Assembly: GCA_037951405.1 (NCBI GenBank)
Contig: JBBMOY010000013.1
Span: forward strand, 1-36,369
DNA: 36,369 bases
Source: Platydemus manokwari
Taxonomy: Eukaryota
Direction of reading: 5' to 3'
Made by a program: the position numbers and the translations under genes. Shown here one piece after another: positions 28,501 to 36,369 of the stretch. Positions within the stretch are counted from its first letter, which is position 1; each line of letters begins with the position of its first letter. The notes under the pieces were generated by a model, which saw nothing but the letters and a program-made list of their open reading frames with translations, did no database searches and was not told where the DNA came from.

Positions 28501-29049
28501 GTCGTAAGTTGCTACGATAAACTCACCAGTAAATGAACGAGTTACCCCTGGGAGATCATCACTTAAACGGAAAGTGTAATCGATGTTGATAGTAGTCTGG
28601 CTAAATGCCGACTCAGATTCGATAGTCCAAGACTTAGAACCTGTATCACCTGCTTTAACAATGCTCTTAGGTGTAAATGCAACGTCCACCACATTTGCAG
28701 TAACGTCTTCACCACCTTTACTTACCGTAAATGGTAAGGCATCACCACGTGCCCAACACTGTGTGTTAATAGGAGCAGAAGTAATAGTAACTTTAGACTC
28801 TGTACCCATGTTAACCAACGACAGAGGTTGCTCAAGGGTATACAGTTCTTTATATACGAAAGACAGACTAAGGTTGTAGAGGGTGTCCGTGGGGACACCC
28901 TCTTTAAACGAGTATGTAATATAGTCATCACCGATCTCGGAGATTTCGACTTTCGCCGCATCAGCTCCAGTCAGGGTAATGACCATATTGGGATCGTTAT
29001 TACTTAGGGCCTGTCCATCGAGTAACATTGCTTGTTTTAATGTACTCAT
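25561..29049 (-). CDS. Large Ig-like repeat virion fibre protein
   Basis: 1162 aa of ~90-100-aa beta-rich repeats; NNPxTGN..KTGWTG occurs twice. Confidence 0.75.
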   Translation of the reverse strand: MSTLKQAMLLDGQALSNNDPNMVITLTGADAAKVEISEIGDDYITYSFKEGVPTDTLYNLSLSFVYKELYTLEQPLSLVNMGTESKVTITSAPINTQCWARGDALPFTVSKGGEDVTANVVDVAFTPKSIVKAGDTGSKSWTIESESAFSQTTINIDYTFRLSDDLPGVTRSFTGEFIVATYDGQELTITPLFEEFKIPVGTLTPLKFSFKYRNYRDGTDYVRYLQNFASTAPINYSSQDLKKDTQQIWVTFGASASFTGEGTLVFGGNGTNSVVGKNRVDIKVDMKAYEPGLVFNARNPAVLTGKQNQEVEQTITISMDGVQLSMEDVEITIANPARLSVVSKVGKVVTFKILDANNTGADINNFTNITYGYGGASTTQMQSIIVKSMQQVTVLPPSRDMSIKKQGYFDYPITISDGNGVEYKVDDPKVKIVVATASQATGQYIDKYDGGFIGKLIYTGAATSAGIQYQITIDGVPGVGTTTPIITIPTGAAVTDCTYTLAGSLPPNQETVVMNNKYQIGSADITVDKVLLSKYVNNPSTGNAIIELLDKPTTTNNIGFGRNVKTGWTGALAEMTEYVRLPGGNIVYKATGSQLVAQAPITATVLNNNFNFVDGVKTDVFVTWSQERLGQEDWNFATSTDIRNISVDGTVKAATVVNENGTFKITVTGNGTKGAGSVTYSVVENNVHYPKRIELQAIEGLSVVIQPQYKTVYGKSDSDIMVRAVAQMGGVNLGGDVIEVVSDNPTITVKSVTTQGGYCDVILTSSAGTELENQTVKLTYTIKEGAPNAGLTADDTASVYITSRKFMVYNGSGIVEGRRFSINPMLRNRNGTPQKLVFLKDGIEMDPTDPDIDYSLSTRDVAELPEIVGVDDEGKLFIKIRQDTDGFKGFYIKYRLISDPSYTYGELDQADVRLDINKTAGANMNSNINFGVRQTREGSTEAVVNDKFLNGLDNSPMTGKLIWQRNYNNPVTGNPFFNKDTAKAVQVGNTADFSFDLKTGWTGDYARIKMLHLSDIDGLYRNGSISVQVNKTPIVVTNNDNTLLGPNLVTPVTLQIHQNRWGDPSENLANTQILNPTVENNLFTVADLVNNNDGTISFNATAKAAGTALFSFTIKDGEFEYPASIQLTVGMYPLELGDGFIKDIEGNSKQTVTVVQNVKLPE

Positions 29050-29064
29050 GGATTTTACAGTTCC

Positions 29065-32000
29065 TTATTCAGGGTTAAGTACAAATTGTGTTAACGTCAC
29101 AGGATTATCAACGTCACCTTGCCCAGTGGATTGGAATCCTGGTGCTGGGGTCAACTTAGGATGCAGAGATTGCTGAGTAACATTCAAAATTGCGGTGGCA
29201 ATTTCCTTCTTACTCCAAATGCCTGAGAAACCGAATTGAACATTGGTGGTCTTAGCATTTTCAGTGATGTCCCTAACAAACCTAACATCAAAGCTATCCT
29301 TGGTTACTGACCCAGGTACCAACTCAATCACGTCAGATGGAGTGCATCCTTCCCAATCGTGAGTGGTTAGATCTCTTTGAATACCAGCATAGTTACCACG
29401 GGCGTGGATGGTGAATACATCACCAAACTTGCCAGTTATCTCTTTAGGTACCGGTTCCGTTAATTGGAATGGAGCTGCCGTGCTGTAAACAGTTAGCTCT
29501 ACAGGAACTTCGAACTCCCCAGTTGGATTACCCTCAACCCCACCATCAATTCTGATTCTGAAATTTTGGATACCAAATGCAGTCACGATGTTACTAGATT
29601 TAGCGGTAATTTGAAGCTTGGTATTAAACTCCGTTGTGCTAATCATCGATACATAACGCGGACCATCACCATACCCAGACCATCTAACCATCTTGACTAT
29701 TGTATCTCCTTTATATAGGGGAACAATGTTAAACCAAGCTTGGGAACCAAGAGTGAATGTGGTAGTACCTTCAATTTTAAATGTGTAAGGACTTCCGTCA
29801 TAAGCAGCAATGTTAAACGGAACTTCTACCGTTCTCTTAAATCCTGATGGATCTGTAGATAAACGATAGTACCATGTCGACATTACCACCTTAGCAGGTT
29901 GAGCGGCTTCAGCGATAATCTGATAAGTAGGTCTTGGAGAAACATTAATCATGTTCTCATTATCAACAAGTTCGACATCGTAAAGACCCTGAGGTATATC
30001 GCTTGAGTCAACCACTTGGAAAGGGGTTTTGGATGACTTGTCCCAAACCTTAACATCCATCTGGGTAAGTTTGACGAACATGTTCGGTTTAACTGTCAGA
30101 TCTATTTCGTGTATGGCAAAACGACCATCACGATCAGTAACCTTCAGTGTAACAACCTCGTTAATGTCCTCTGTTGTTGTCATCGCAACATCGAAACTGA
30201 CATCCCCAGCATTACGCATACCCAAAGTCATGTAATCAGCCGGTTCAACATTCCACGTTAATCCAACATCATCAAAACGACGATTATTGCCATCGATAGT
30301 CAATGTACCAGTAAAGGTAATCCGATCTCCTTTCTTACCGGAGGCAGAATCAGGACTTAGGGTCAGAACAAAACCAGAAGAATCGATTTCCGCCGTAACG
30401 TCCAGAGTGACTTGATATTCATATCCATCGCCATCGGTTACAGTGAATGTAGCACTACCAGCTCCGGTTTCACCTTTACCATAGAAGGTAGCGGTAAATG
30501 TTCCATCGCTGTTACCGATCGTATCGACTTTCTGAATAGCCCCAGTTATAGTTACTGTATCAGAAATCGTTGCATCAGAGAACGTGTAATGTTCTACAAT
30601 GTCATTGATTAAACGTTCTTGCGATAGAGTAAATGTCATAGCCTTGCTAGCATTGGTAATGCCATTAATAACCCTATCAGCACCACCAACTGTAATTGTA
30701 GCTGGAGGAATAATCAGTTCAGAATCACGCAATACCCAGTTATCAGCAAGGTCAGGGAATACCGCAACCATGTTTATGGTAATTTTCCCACCCGTCCAAC
30801 CGGACTTAAACTTCAGTGCATTGCGATAAATATCACCAGGTGCCTCTATAAGTTCAAGTTCGCCAAGTAAAGCATTACCCGTTGAAGGATTGTTTTTACC
30901 TGATAATGATAGAACAGTTGTAGGTTTGGCGATATTGTAACCTGATCTTTGGAATTCAACAGGGATAATGTTCTCTGCATTACCCAAAGGCTCCTTCAAA
31001 GCTTTTAACGTTACTGGGACTAAGTTAGTCATACTGTAACTTGCTTGAATGTTAACATACCCCGATATCTCAGGTGGATTAACACCATCGTTATACGTCA
31101 CCATAATACGGTTAGTAAACGATGCAGCAGCATCTGGTTTGCGATTAAAAGCGAACCAAACGTATCGATCTTCAATCCCAACAATATCAAAGATTGGTGG
31201 AGTAACTGTCGACGCATTACTGACTTCCATAGACAAACGAGGGGCATTTGGCTTAAGTAACACACCACCGTAATAAATCTTGGCATCCCAACTGAATGGT
31301 CTAGCATAAACTTGGGTAGAAGGAACCAGTGTGATTGGAAGTACGGATAGCCCTTTGTTAACATAAATACCTGTAAAATTACCAACCCATTTATTCACAT
31401 TAACTGTGGTGCCTGGTGTATCATCAATCGTGAGAGTTAATACACATGCATTACTTCCTGATCCAAATGTGTCAGGTGCGGTATACTCAATGACTACCCC
31501 AACTCCATCACCAGCAGGTCCCACTATAGTTATAGGTACTGTGAATAAAGTACCAACTTGAACAGTCCCACTAAATCCATTTGCTAATGGCTTCCCTCTA
31601 TACACAGGCCAAACCGTAAACCGGTTGGTGTTGTTACGTGATACAGGAATTTCTGTAGTTACCCCAACACCACGGCCATAGTCAACGGTTACCTTAAATG
31701 CAATGCCATCATAGGCCGCTACGTTGTAATTACCACGAGCAGTAAGCGTTTCCCAAATTCCATTAACTTTGGCTTCATACGTGAAGTATTGTGGGAATAA
31801 GGTTTCAGTTGTTCTTCCATCAACAACTTCCCATGAATTAGGATCGTCAGGTAATGGAGAGAAATATTGTCCATTCTTGATCAATCTAACATTTCTGATT
31901 TGATCATTTATCAATACGCCATTGTTATATACATCAAACGGTGGAGTATTTAGAACATCAAACACTTTGACTTGGACAGTCTTCTCAGTTGTCGTAATCT

Positions 32001-33636
32001 TGTTAGCAAATGAAGCCTGTACGATGACACTGAAATCCATCTCAGTTCCACCTGTTGGTTTAAACTTACCATAAATCCGTACATCGCCCTCAGAACCTCT
32101 AGCGGCTAACTGTTGTGACATCTGGCCGTTTTTGAGGTTTGTCCCACTTGTACTAGCAGCAGCCCCTTCAACGTAAACCATGGAGAAATCACCAGGGATA
32201 AGTTCTAATCCATTTCCTCGATCTTGTTTACAAGAAATCAGAACAGCAGAATTAGCACCCGCATTACCGTTAACAGTTTTAGTATTGGTGGTGAAAACAT
32301 ATGGGGCTTCAGGAATATCGAATCCTGAATCAGAGACTAACATCGGATAATACCAGTCCCTTGGATAGCTTTTGGCAATATACGGACAACGAATCACCAC
32401 ATTAGTAAAGAGAGCACGCTGTGCCATCCAACTAGGTTTAGTTTCGGCAACAACCCTACCGATGGAATTAACTTTCTTACCGGATAAATCAACGGTTTGG
32501 ATGATAGTATTTGTGGAGGTATCAGTTATCCTCAATTCACCTTTTTCAAATACAGCGTCAAAAGGTTCAAACCAAGCATAAGGGATCGTGGTGGTTAAAT
32601 CACCTATTTGTACAACAGCATTTACTTCTTTATTGGCAACAGGACCTATAAGGAAGTTAGACATATAGAAGTTATTAGGACCAGAGTATGTCGTAACGCT
32701 TAGCTTTTGAACTGCTGTTTTTGCTCCCTTTGTGACCGTCAAATCGACGTTACCCATTGGAGGATTACTGGAACTAGCAGGCGGTTGTTTTAATGTCCAT
32801 TTAATACCATCTGACTGGACTGTAATTCCAAGACGGTTGTTAGGACTTGACATGTTACCAGCATCGGTTAATGTGTAACTTATAGACGGGTCGGTTAGTG
32901 AAAGCTTTGTGGTTCCCTCATAAAGTTCGAAGAACGACATCGCCTTGTAGCTTAGAACACCGGAAAAGTTTACACTGTACCAGTCCCACATGACTATAAC
33001 CAGATCTGTATTCCCTGCCACGATAATTTTTGCACGGGCAATCAGGTTAACAAAGTTTTTGTCTGATACAGGATTTGAGGGTACCGGAAGTCTATTGACT
33101 CTTATCGGTAACCCTGCTAAGGCATTAACAGTTGCTCCAACGAGAACAATGCGGTGCGTTACGCCATCTTCTAAAACTTCTTGACGAACTATAGAGACTC
33201 CTGGGTAAGGTGTCAGGCCGGTAACTGAAAGGGTTGCTTCCACCTCACCAGCTTTCAGTAATACACCTTTATAGGTGGCCTGATAGTCTAAAGTAAATTC
33301 CTTATTCTGCTCTGATACCACCACGCCCGTACTTGGATTGGTAAAATTTACTTTGAACTGTCCTGCTGTAGTTGCAGATACAGTTATATCAGTGGAAGCT
33401 TCCAATTCATAAGGAAGTCCACCATAATCAACTTCTAGTTTAAATGTTGTCGCTTCGGTAACGTCTTCTTCATCGGCAGCAATAACGGTGAATGTGGCAT
33501 CACCGTTCGGCTTCAAATAGGGGGAGGGAACTCCCCCTTGCTCGATTGCTGTCAGACGGATATTGTTAGTAATATCTTCGCCCGAAATAGGATCGTTAAC
33601 CTGAAACGGAACAAGTGAAGATTTGTTCAATTCCAC
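29065..33636 (-). CDS. Large Ig-like repeat virion fibre protein
   Basis: 1523 aa; GTG start with AGGA SD; recurrent VKV[WF], AAYDG, SQER and GWTGG motifs. Confidence 0.75.
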   Translation of the reverse strand: MELNKSSLVPFQVNDPISGEDITNNIRLTAIEQGGVPSPYLKPNGDATFTVIAADEEDVTEATTFKLEVDYGGLPYELEASTDITVSATTAGQFKVNFTNPSTGVVVSEQNKEFTLDYQATYKGVLLKAGEVEATLSVTGLTPYPGVSIVRQEVLEDGVTHRIVLVGATVNALAGLPIRVNRLPVPSNPVSDKNFVNLIARAKIIVAGNTDLVIVMWDWYSVNFSGVLSYKAMSFFELYEGTTKLSLTDPSISYTLTDAGNMSSPNNRLGITVQSDGIKWTLKQPPASSSNPPMGNVDLTVTKGAKTAVQKLSVTTYSGPNNFYMSNFLIGPVANKEVNAVVQIGDLTTTIPYAWFEPFDAVFEKGELRITDTSTNTIIQTVDLSGKKVNSIGRVVAETKPSWMAQRALFTNVVIRCPYIAKSYPRDWYYPMLVSDSGFDIPEAPYVFTTNTKTVNGNAGANSAVLISCKQDRGNGLELIPGDFSMVYVEGAAASTSGTNLKNGQMSQQLAARGSEGDVRIYGKFKPTGGTEMDFSVIVQASFANKITTTEKTVQVKVFDVLNTPPFDVYNNGVLINDQIRNVRLIKNGQYFSPLPDDPNSWEVVDGRTTETLFPQYFTYEAKVNGIWETLTARGNYNVAAYDGIAFKVTVDYGRGVGVTTEIPVSRNNTNRFTVWPVYRGKPLANGFSGTVQVGTLFTVPITIVGPAGDGVGVVIEYTAPDTFGSGSNACVLTLTIDDTPGTTVNVNKWVGNFTGIYVNKGLSVLPITLVPSTQVYARPFSWDAKIYYGGVLLKPNAPRLSMEVSNASTVTPPIFDIVGIEDRYVWFAFNRKPDAAASFTNRIMVTYNDGVNPPEISGYVNIQASYSMTNLVPVTLKALKEPLGNAENIIPVEFQRSGYNIAKPTTVLSLSGKNNPSTGNALLGELELIEAPGDIYRNALKFKSGWTGGKITINMVAVFPDLADNWVLRDSELIIPPATITVGGADRVINGITNASKAMTFTLSQERLINDIVEHYTFSDATISDTVTITGAIQKVDTIGNSDGTFTATFYGKGETGAGSATFTVTDGDGYEYQVTLDVTAEIDSSGFVLTLSPDSASGKKGDRITFTGTLTIDGNNRRFDDVGLTWNVEPADYMTLGMRNAGDVSFDVAMTTTEDINEVVTLKVTDRDGRFAIHEIDLTVKPNMFVKLTQMDVKVWDKSSKTPFQVVDSSDIPQGLYDVELVDNENMINVSPRPTYQIIAEAAQPAKVVMSTWYYRLSTDPSGFKRTVEVPFNIAAYDGSPYTFKIEGTTTFTLGSQAWFNIVPLYKGDTIVKMVRWSGYGDGPRYVSMISTTEFNTKLQITAKSSNIVTAFGIQNFRIRIDGGVEGNPTGEFEVPVELTVYSTAAPFQLTEPVPKEITGKFGDVFTIHARGNYAGIQRDLTTHDWEGCTPSDVIELVPGSVTKDSFDVRFVRDITENAKTTNVQFGFSGIWSKKEIATAILNVTQQSLHPKLTPAPGFQSTGQGDVDNPVTLTQFVLNPE

Positions 33637-33652
33637 GGTATTTTCCTGTTAA

Positions 33653-36369
33653 TTATTCTGGATTAAGAACACCCTGTTTAAGAGTCACAGGATTCTCCAT
33701 ATCCCCAGAGCCTGTTGATTCGAAACCAGGAGCTGGCGTTAGTTTAGGATGAGCTGCAAGCTGTCTAGCTGTGAACGTGGTTCGTCCAGTGCCTTCTGTC
33801 ATGTAGCGCATACTAACTGTCATTTCTGTATCTTTACTGTTCTCCGTGATATCGGCAAGGAACCTGACTTTAAACCCATCGGCGGTTCTAGACCCAGGGA
33901 CCATCTCCACAATACCAGCAGGAGTGAATGCAGGATCTTGCCATGATGGATTGTTCACGTCATTGCGATTACCACTAAGCCAAACTTTAATGGTGACCGG
34001 TATTTCCTCACCAAATCTACCCACTAAAGGATTCGGTTTAAAATCACTTAATGCACTTCGGTTATAGAAATCATAAATAGTGATGATAAATGTAACAGTA
34101 ACTATATCTTGGCCAGGCACACTTCCAGTACCAACACGGATTGAATACGAGTTCGGTATTTCAAACGTGTTACTCGTATTAACTGACCTAAATGTGAATC
34201 TTCCTTGTCCTTCGAAGTTGGTGTAATCCGCGGTGGCGATGGAAGGAGCACTAATAGGTCCGATATTTGTGGGTTTCTCGGTGACTGGTTCAGCCCTACG
34301 GTAAACGAAGAAGTCACCCTGGAATTGAGAGCTTGCAACATATCTGTAAAGAGGGTACTGTGGAACTGCCGTTAATATATAACCGTTATGTGCTTCAACG
34401 TTATAAGTAATATCGATTGTTCTCTTCGTTCCTTCCAAATCAGTAGGTAAACGGTATTCCCAAGTCACCACTTCGGTTCTGGCCGGTAACACGCCTTCAC
34501 CTTTCACAGTCCACATGTTCACAGCCGGTTTATTCCTGTTCTCCATCTTAACGGCGATTACAACATCGTCATTAATTGGTTTGCAGTCCAATACCGTATC
34601 TGTGATATCAACTTCACCTTCCTTCATTACGAAAGGATAACCGTTAATACGTTCCCAGACCTTAACGTTGAACACCTTAGGTTCGATGGTCAAGTTTTTC
34701 TTAACGTTAACCGTTACCGGTTGGGAAACTGTCATACCTAAGAAATTGGCAGTGACATTAACTACTTGGGTTACGTCGTCAGGGGAGTTACGCACAATAC
34801 GAAGATCAAACGTTCCAGCAGTACCATTCTCAAATTCAACCCAACCTTCATGTTCAACCGAGTAGATCATGTTCCCATTGGAATTATCCCAACGAAGATC
34901 TGTGTCGTTATACTTCACTGTACCGGTAATCGTTGTCACGTCACCAGCGACACCTTCTACAACGTTGTTCTCCAGAACCATTGACATCGGGCTTGAATCG
35001 ATGACTGCATTAACATTCAGAACGATATCAATACTTTCCCCATCGTCATCCGTGATCGTCATGGTTATCGTCCCAGGACCCTGAGTACCATTACCATAAA
35101 CGTCAACAAAGAAGGTTCCTTTGTTGTTAAAGGCGGCAGAAGCTTGTTTAACTGACCCGGTAACAACTCCGACAGGATAAATCTCGGCATTGGTAAAGTT
35201 GTAGTTGGTTGTTACACCATTCACCCTACGCTGTTGGGATAATGTAAACCGAATCTCAGTCTTACGATTCTCTATCCCGTCAATTTGATTTGTGGCTTGA
35301 GTTACGTCTACTGGTACCGGAGGTACTTTAATTATAACAGGTTGTGTCGAATAAACGGTTGGGAATTCCCAGGTACCAAGATAGAATATCTCACCACCTT
35401 TCCAACCAGAATCGAACTTCAAAGCGCCCTCAGGTAAGTACTCAACCCCGTTGACCGCAACATCAGAACCAGCAGGAGTTATTTTTACGTTCGCCCTTCC
35501 AATTAACTTAGGAGCTGGGAAAGGAGAAAGAGGATCAACGTAGAACTTGGTTGGTAATGTGTTTTCGGCGTTAGCGACTGGATCACCAATGACTTCCATA
35601 ATTGGAATGGTGGTAGCTCCACTGCTAAATCCAATTGTTAATGCAGATGGTACTGTGGAATGCACTGTCCCGTCAGGAGCTGTATATTTAACTGTCGCTA
35701 ACTGATACCAACTAGCCGAACCTGTGGCAGCTCTATACGTAAACAGATAAATAGTTGTTGCGTCCGAACCCGCATACTCAACAAACTTAGCTTGGTTTGG
35801 ATGACCTTCAATCACGTAATCCAAACGAGGGTCATCAAGTTTCAGTCTGACAGCATCAAAGTAGACGGCCGGTTGCCAGTTCCTGGTACTACCCAATCCT
35901 CCATAACTAGGAGTAGGTGAGGAATGTTCGACATACAGACCTTTCTGAATAGCAGTGAGCGTTACCGTTTCACTCACAACGGTTTTTTGGTTAACCAATT
36001 CCTCAATGGGAATCCCTTTAACCTGATAATAGAACGTGATGGAGGCGGTCGTATAGTTGGTACCGATACCCAATGTTACAACAATACCGGTTCCTTCATC
36101 GTTAACCTTCTGTCCTTTGAACTCAATGCCGGTTCGAGTAATTGGTCTCAGCTCGATATTTTCAAGATCAAGTTTGCCCTTATATTGAGGGTAGAAGGTA
36201 TAGGTATACGTCCCACCTAAAGGAACCTTCGGATTCTTACTCGTTCTGTCCCCAGGGATGTACTCGGCATTGGGGACGATCGCAATCCCATTCCACGCTG
36301 CAATATCGTAACTACCCTGACCGATTTGATTAATGACGCCGCTGGCTAGAACCAGATCATAAGTAAAGT
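33653..36369 (-). CDS. Large Ig-like repeat virion fibre protein (5' end outside window)
   Basis: I read the frame from 36073 to the window end and found no stop; collinear with the C-terminal part of 29065-33636. Confidence 0.75.
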   Translation of the reverse strand, partial: FTYDLVLASGVINQIGQGSYDIAAWNGIAIVPNAEYIPGDRTSKNPKVPLGGTYTYTFYPQYKGKLDLENIELRPITRTGIEFKGQKVNDEGTGIVVTLGIGTNYTTASITFYYQVKGIPIEELVNQKTVVSETVTLTAIQKGLYVEHSSPTPSYGGLGSTRNWQPAVYFDAVRLKLDDPRLDYVIEGHPNQAKFVEYAGSDATTIYLFTYRAATGSASWYQLATVKYTAPDGTVHSTVPSALTIGFSSGATTIPIMEVIGDPVANAENTLPTKFYVDPLSPFPAPKLIGRANVKITPAGSDVAVNGVEYLPEGALKFDSGWKGGEIFYLGTWEFPTVYSTQPVIIKVPPVPVDVTQATNQIDGIENRKTEIRFTLSQQRRVNGVTTNYNFTNAEIYPVGVVTGSVKQASAAFNNKGTFFVDVYGNGTQGPGTITMTITDDDGESIDIVLNVNAVIDSSPMSMVLENNVVEGVAGDVTTITGTVKYNDTDLRWDNSNGNMIYSVEHEGWVEFENGTAGTFDLRIVRNSPDDVTQVVNVTANFLGMTVSQPVTVNVKKNLTIEPKVFNVKVWERINGYPFVMKEGEVDITDTVLDCKPINDDVVIAVKMENRNKPAVNMWTVKGEGVLPARTEVVTWEYRLPTDLEGTKRTIDITYNVEAHNGYILTAVPQYPLYRYVASSQFQGDFFVYRRAEPVTEKPTNIGPISAPSIATADYTNFEGQGRFTFRSVNTSNTFEIPNSYSIRVGTGSVPGQDIVTVTFIITIYDFYNRSALSDFKPNPLVGRFGEEIPVTIKVWLSGNRNDVNNPSWQDPAFTPAGIVEMVPGSRTADGFKVRFLADITENSKDTEMTVSMRYMTEGTGRTTFTARQLAAHPKLTPAPGFESTGSGDMENPVTLKQGVLNPE

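Noticed and set aside
29050-29067. Stop-codon readthrough or programmed frameshift joining the fibre genes
   Set aside because: Only this junction is in frame (15-nt gap). The others have 11, 13 and 16-nt gaps, each downstream gene has its own SD, and no common slippery site is visible.
23620-36369. DGR, shufflon or invertase-driven variation of fibre genes
   Set aside because: No reverse transcriptase, recombinase or near-identical nucleotide repeats were seen; the shared tails differ at many synonymous positions.
1-36369. tRNA, rRNA, CRISPR array, intron or intein
   Set aside because: Intergenic gaps are short and explained by terminators or promoters; no such structures were recognised by eye.

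Overview
A 36 kb segment of what is most likely a large lytic phage genome; I infer a phiKZ-related jumbo phage (Chimalliviridae-like) from the gene content. The + strand (1-23558) carries the following, in order: the 3' part of an NAD-dependent DNA ligase, RNase HI, two paralogous putative internal head proteins with [AGS]-x-E protease-type sites (one fused to a P-loop domain), two tandem XRE-like HTH genes, and a dense run of small accessory genes. The accessory genes include membrane peptides, Cys-rich microproteins, a kinase-like protein, a protein with an AtaR/TacA antitoxin-like peptide and several local paralog families. Two copies of a 30-nt phage promoter-like motif lie upstream of these blocks. 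After a perfect hairpin at 23565-23596, the - strand carries five beta-rich, Ig-like repeat genes (23620 to beyond 36369). The most striking signal is in these five genes. Their repeat domains appear to be split across gene boundaries: each protein ends with the first strand(s) of a domain, and the proteins whose starts are visible begin with the remainder of a domain. The last, smallest gene carries both an acceptor N-terminus and the matching donor C-terminus. This suggests a modular, pilus-like virion fibre assembled by donor-strand complementation. All alignments were done by eye; no database searches were run.
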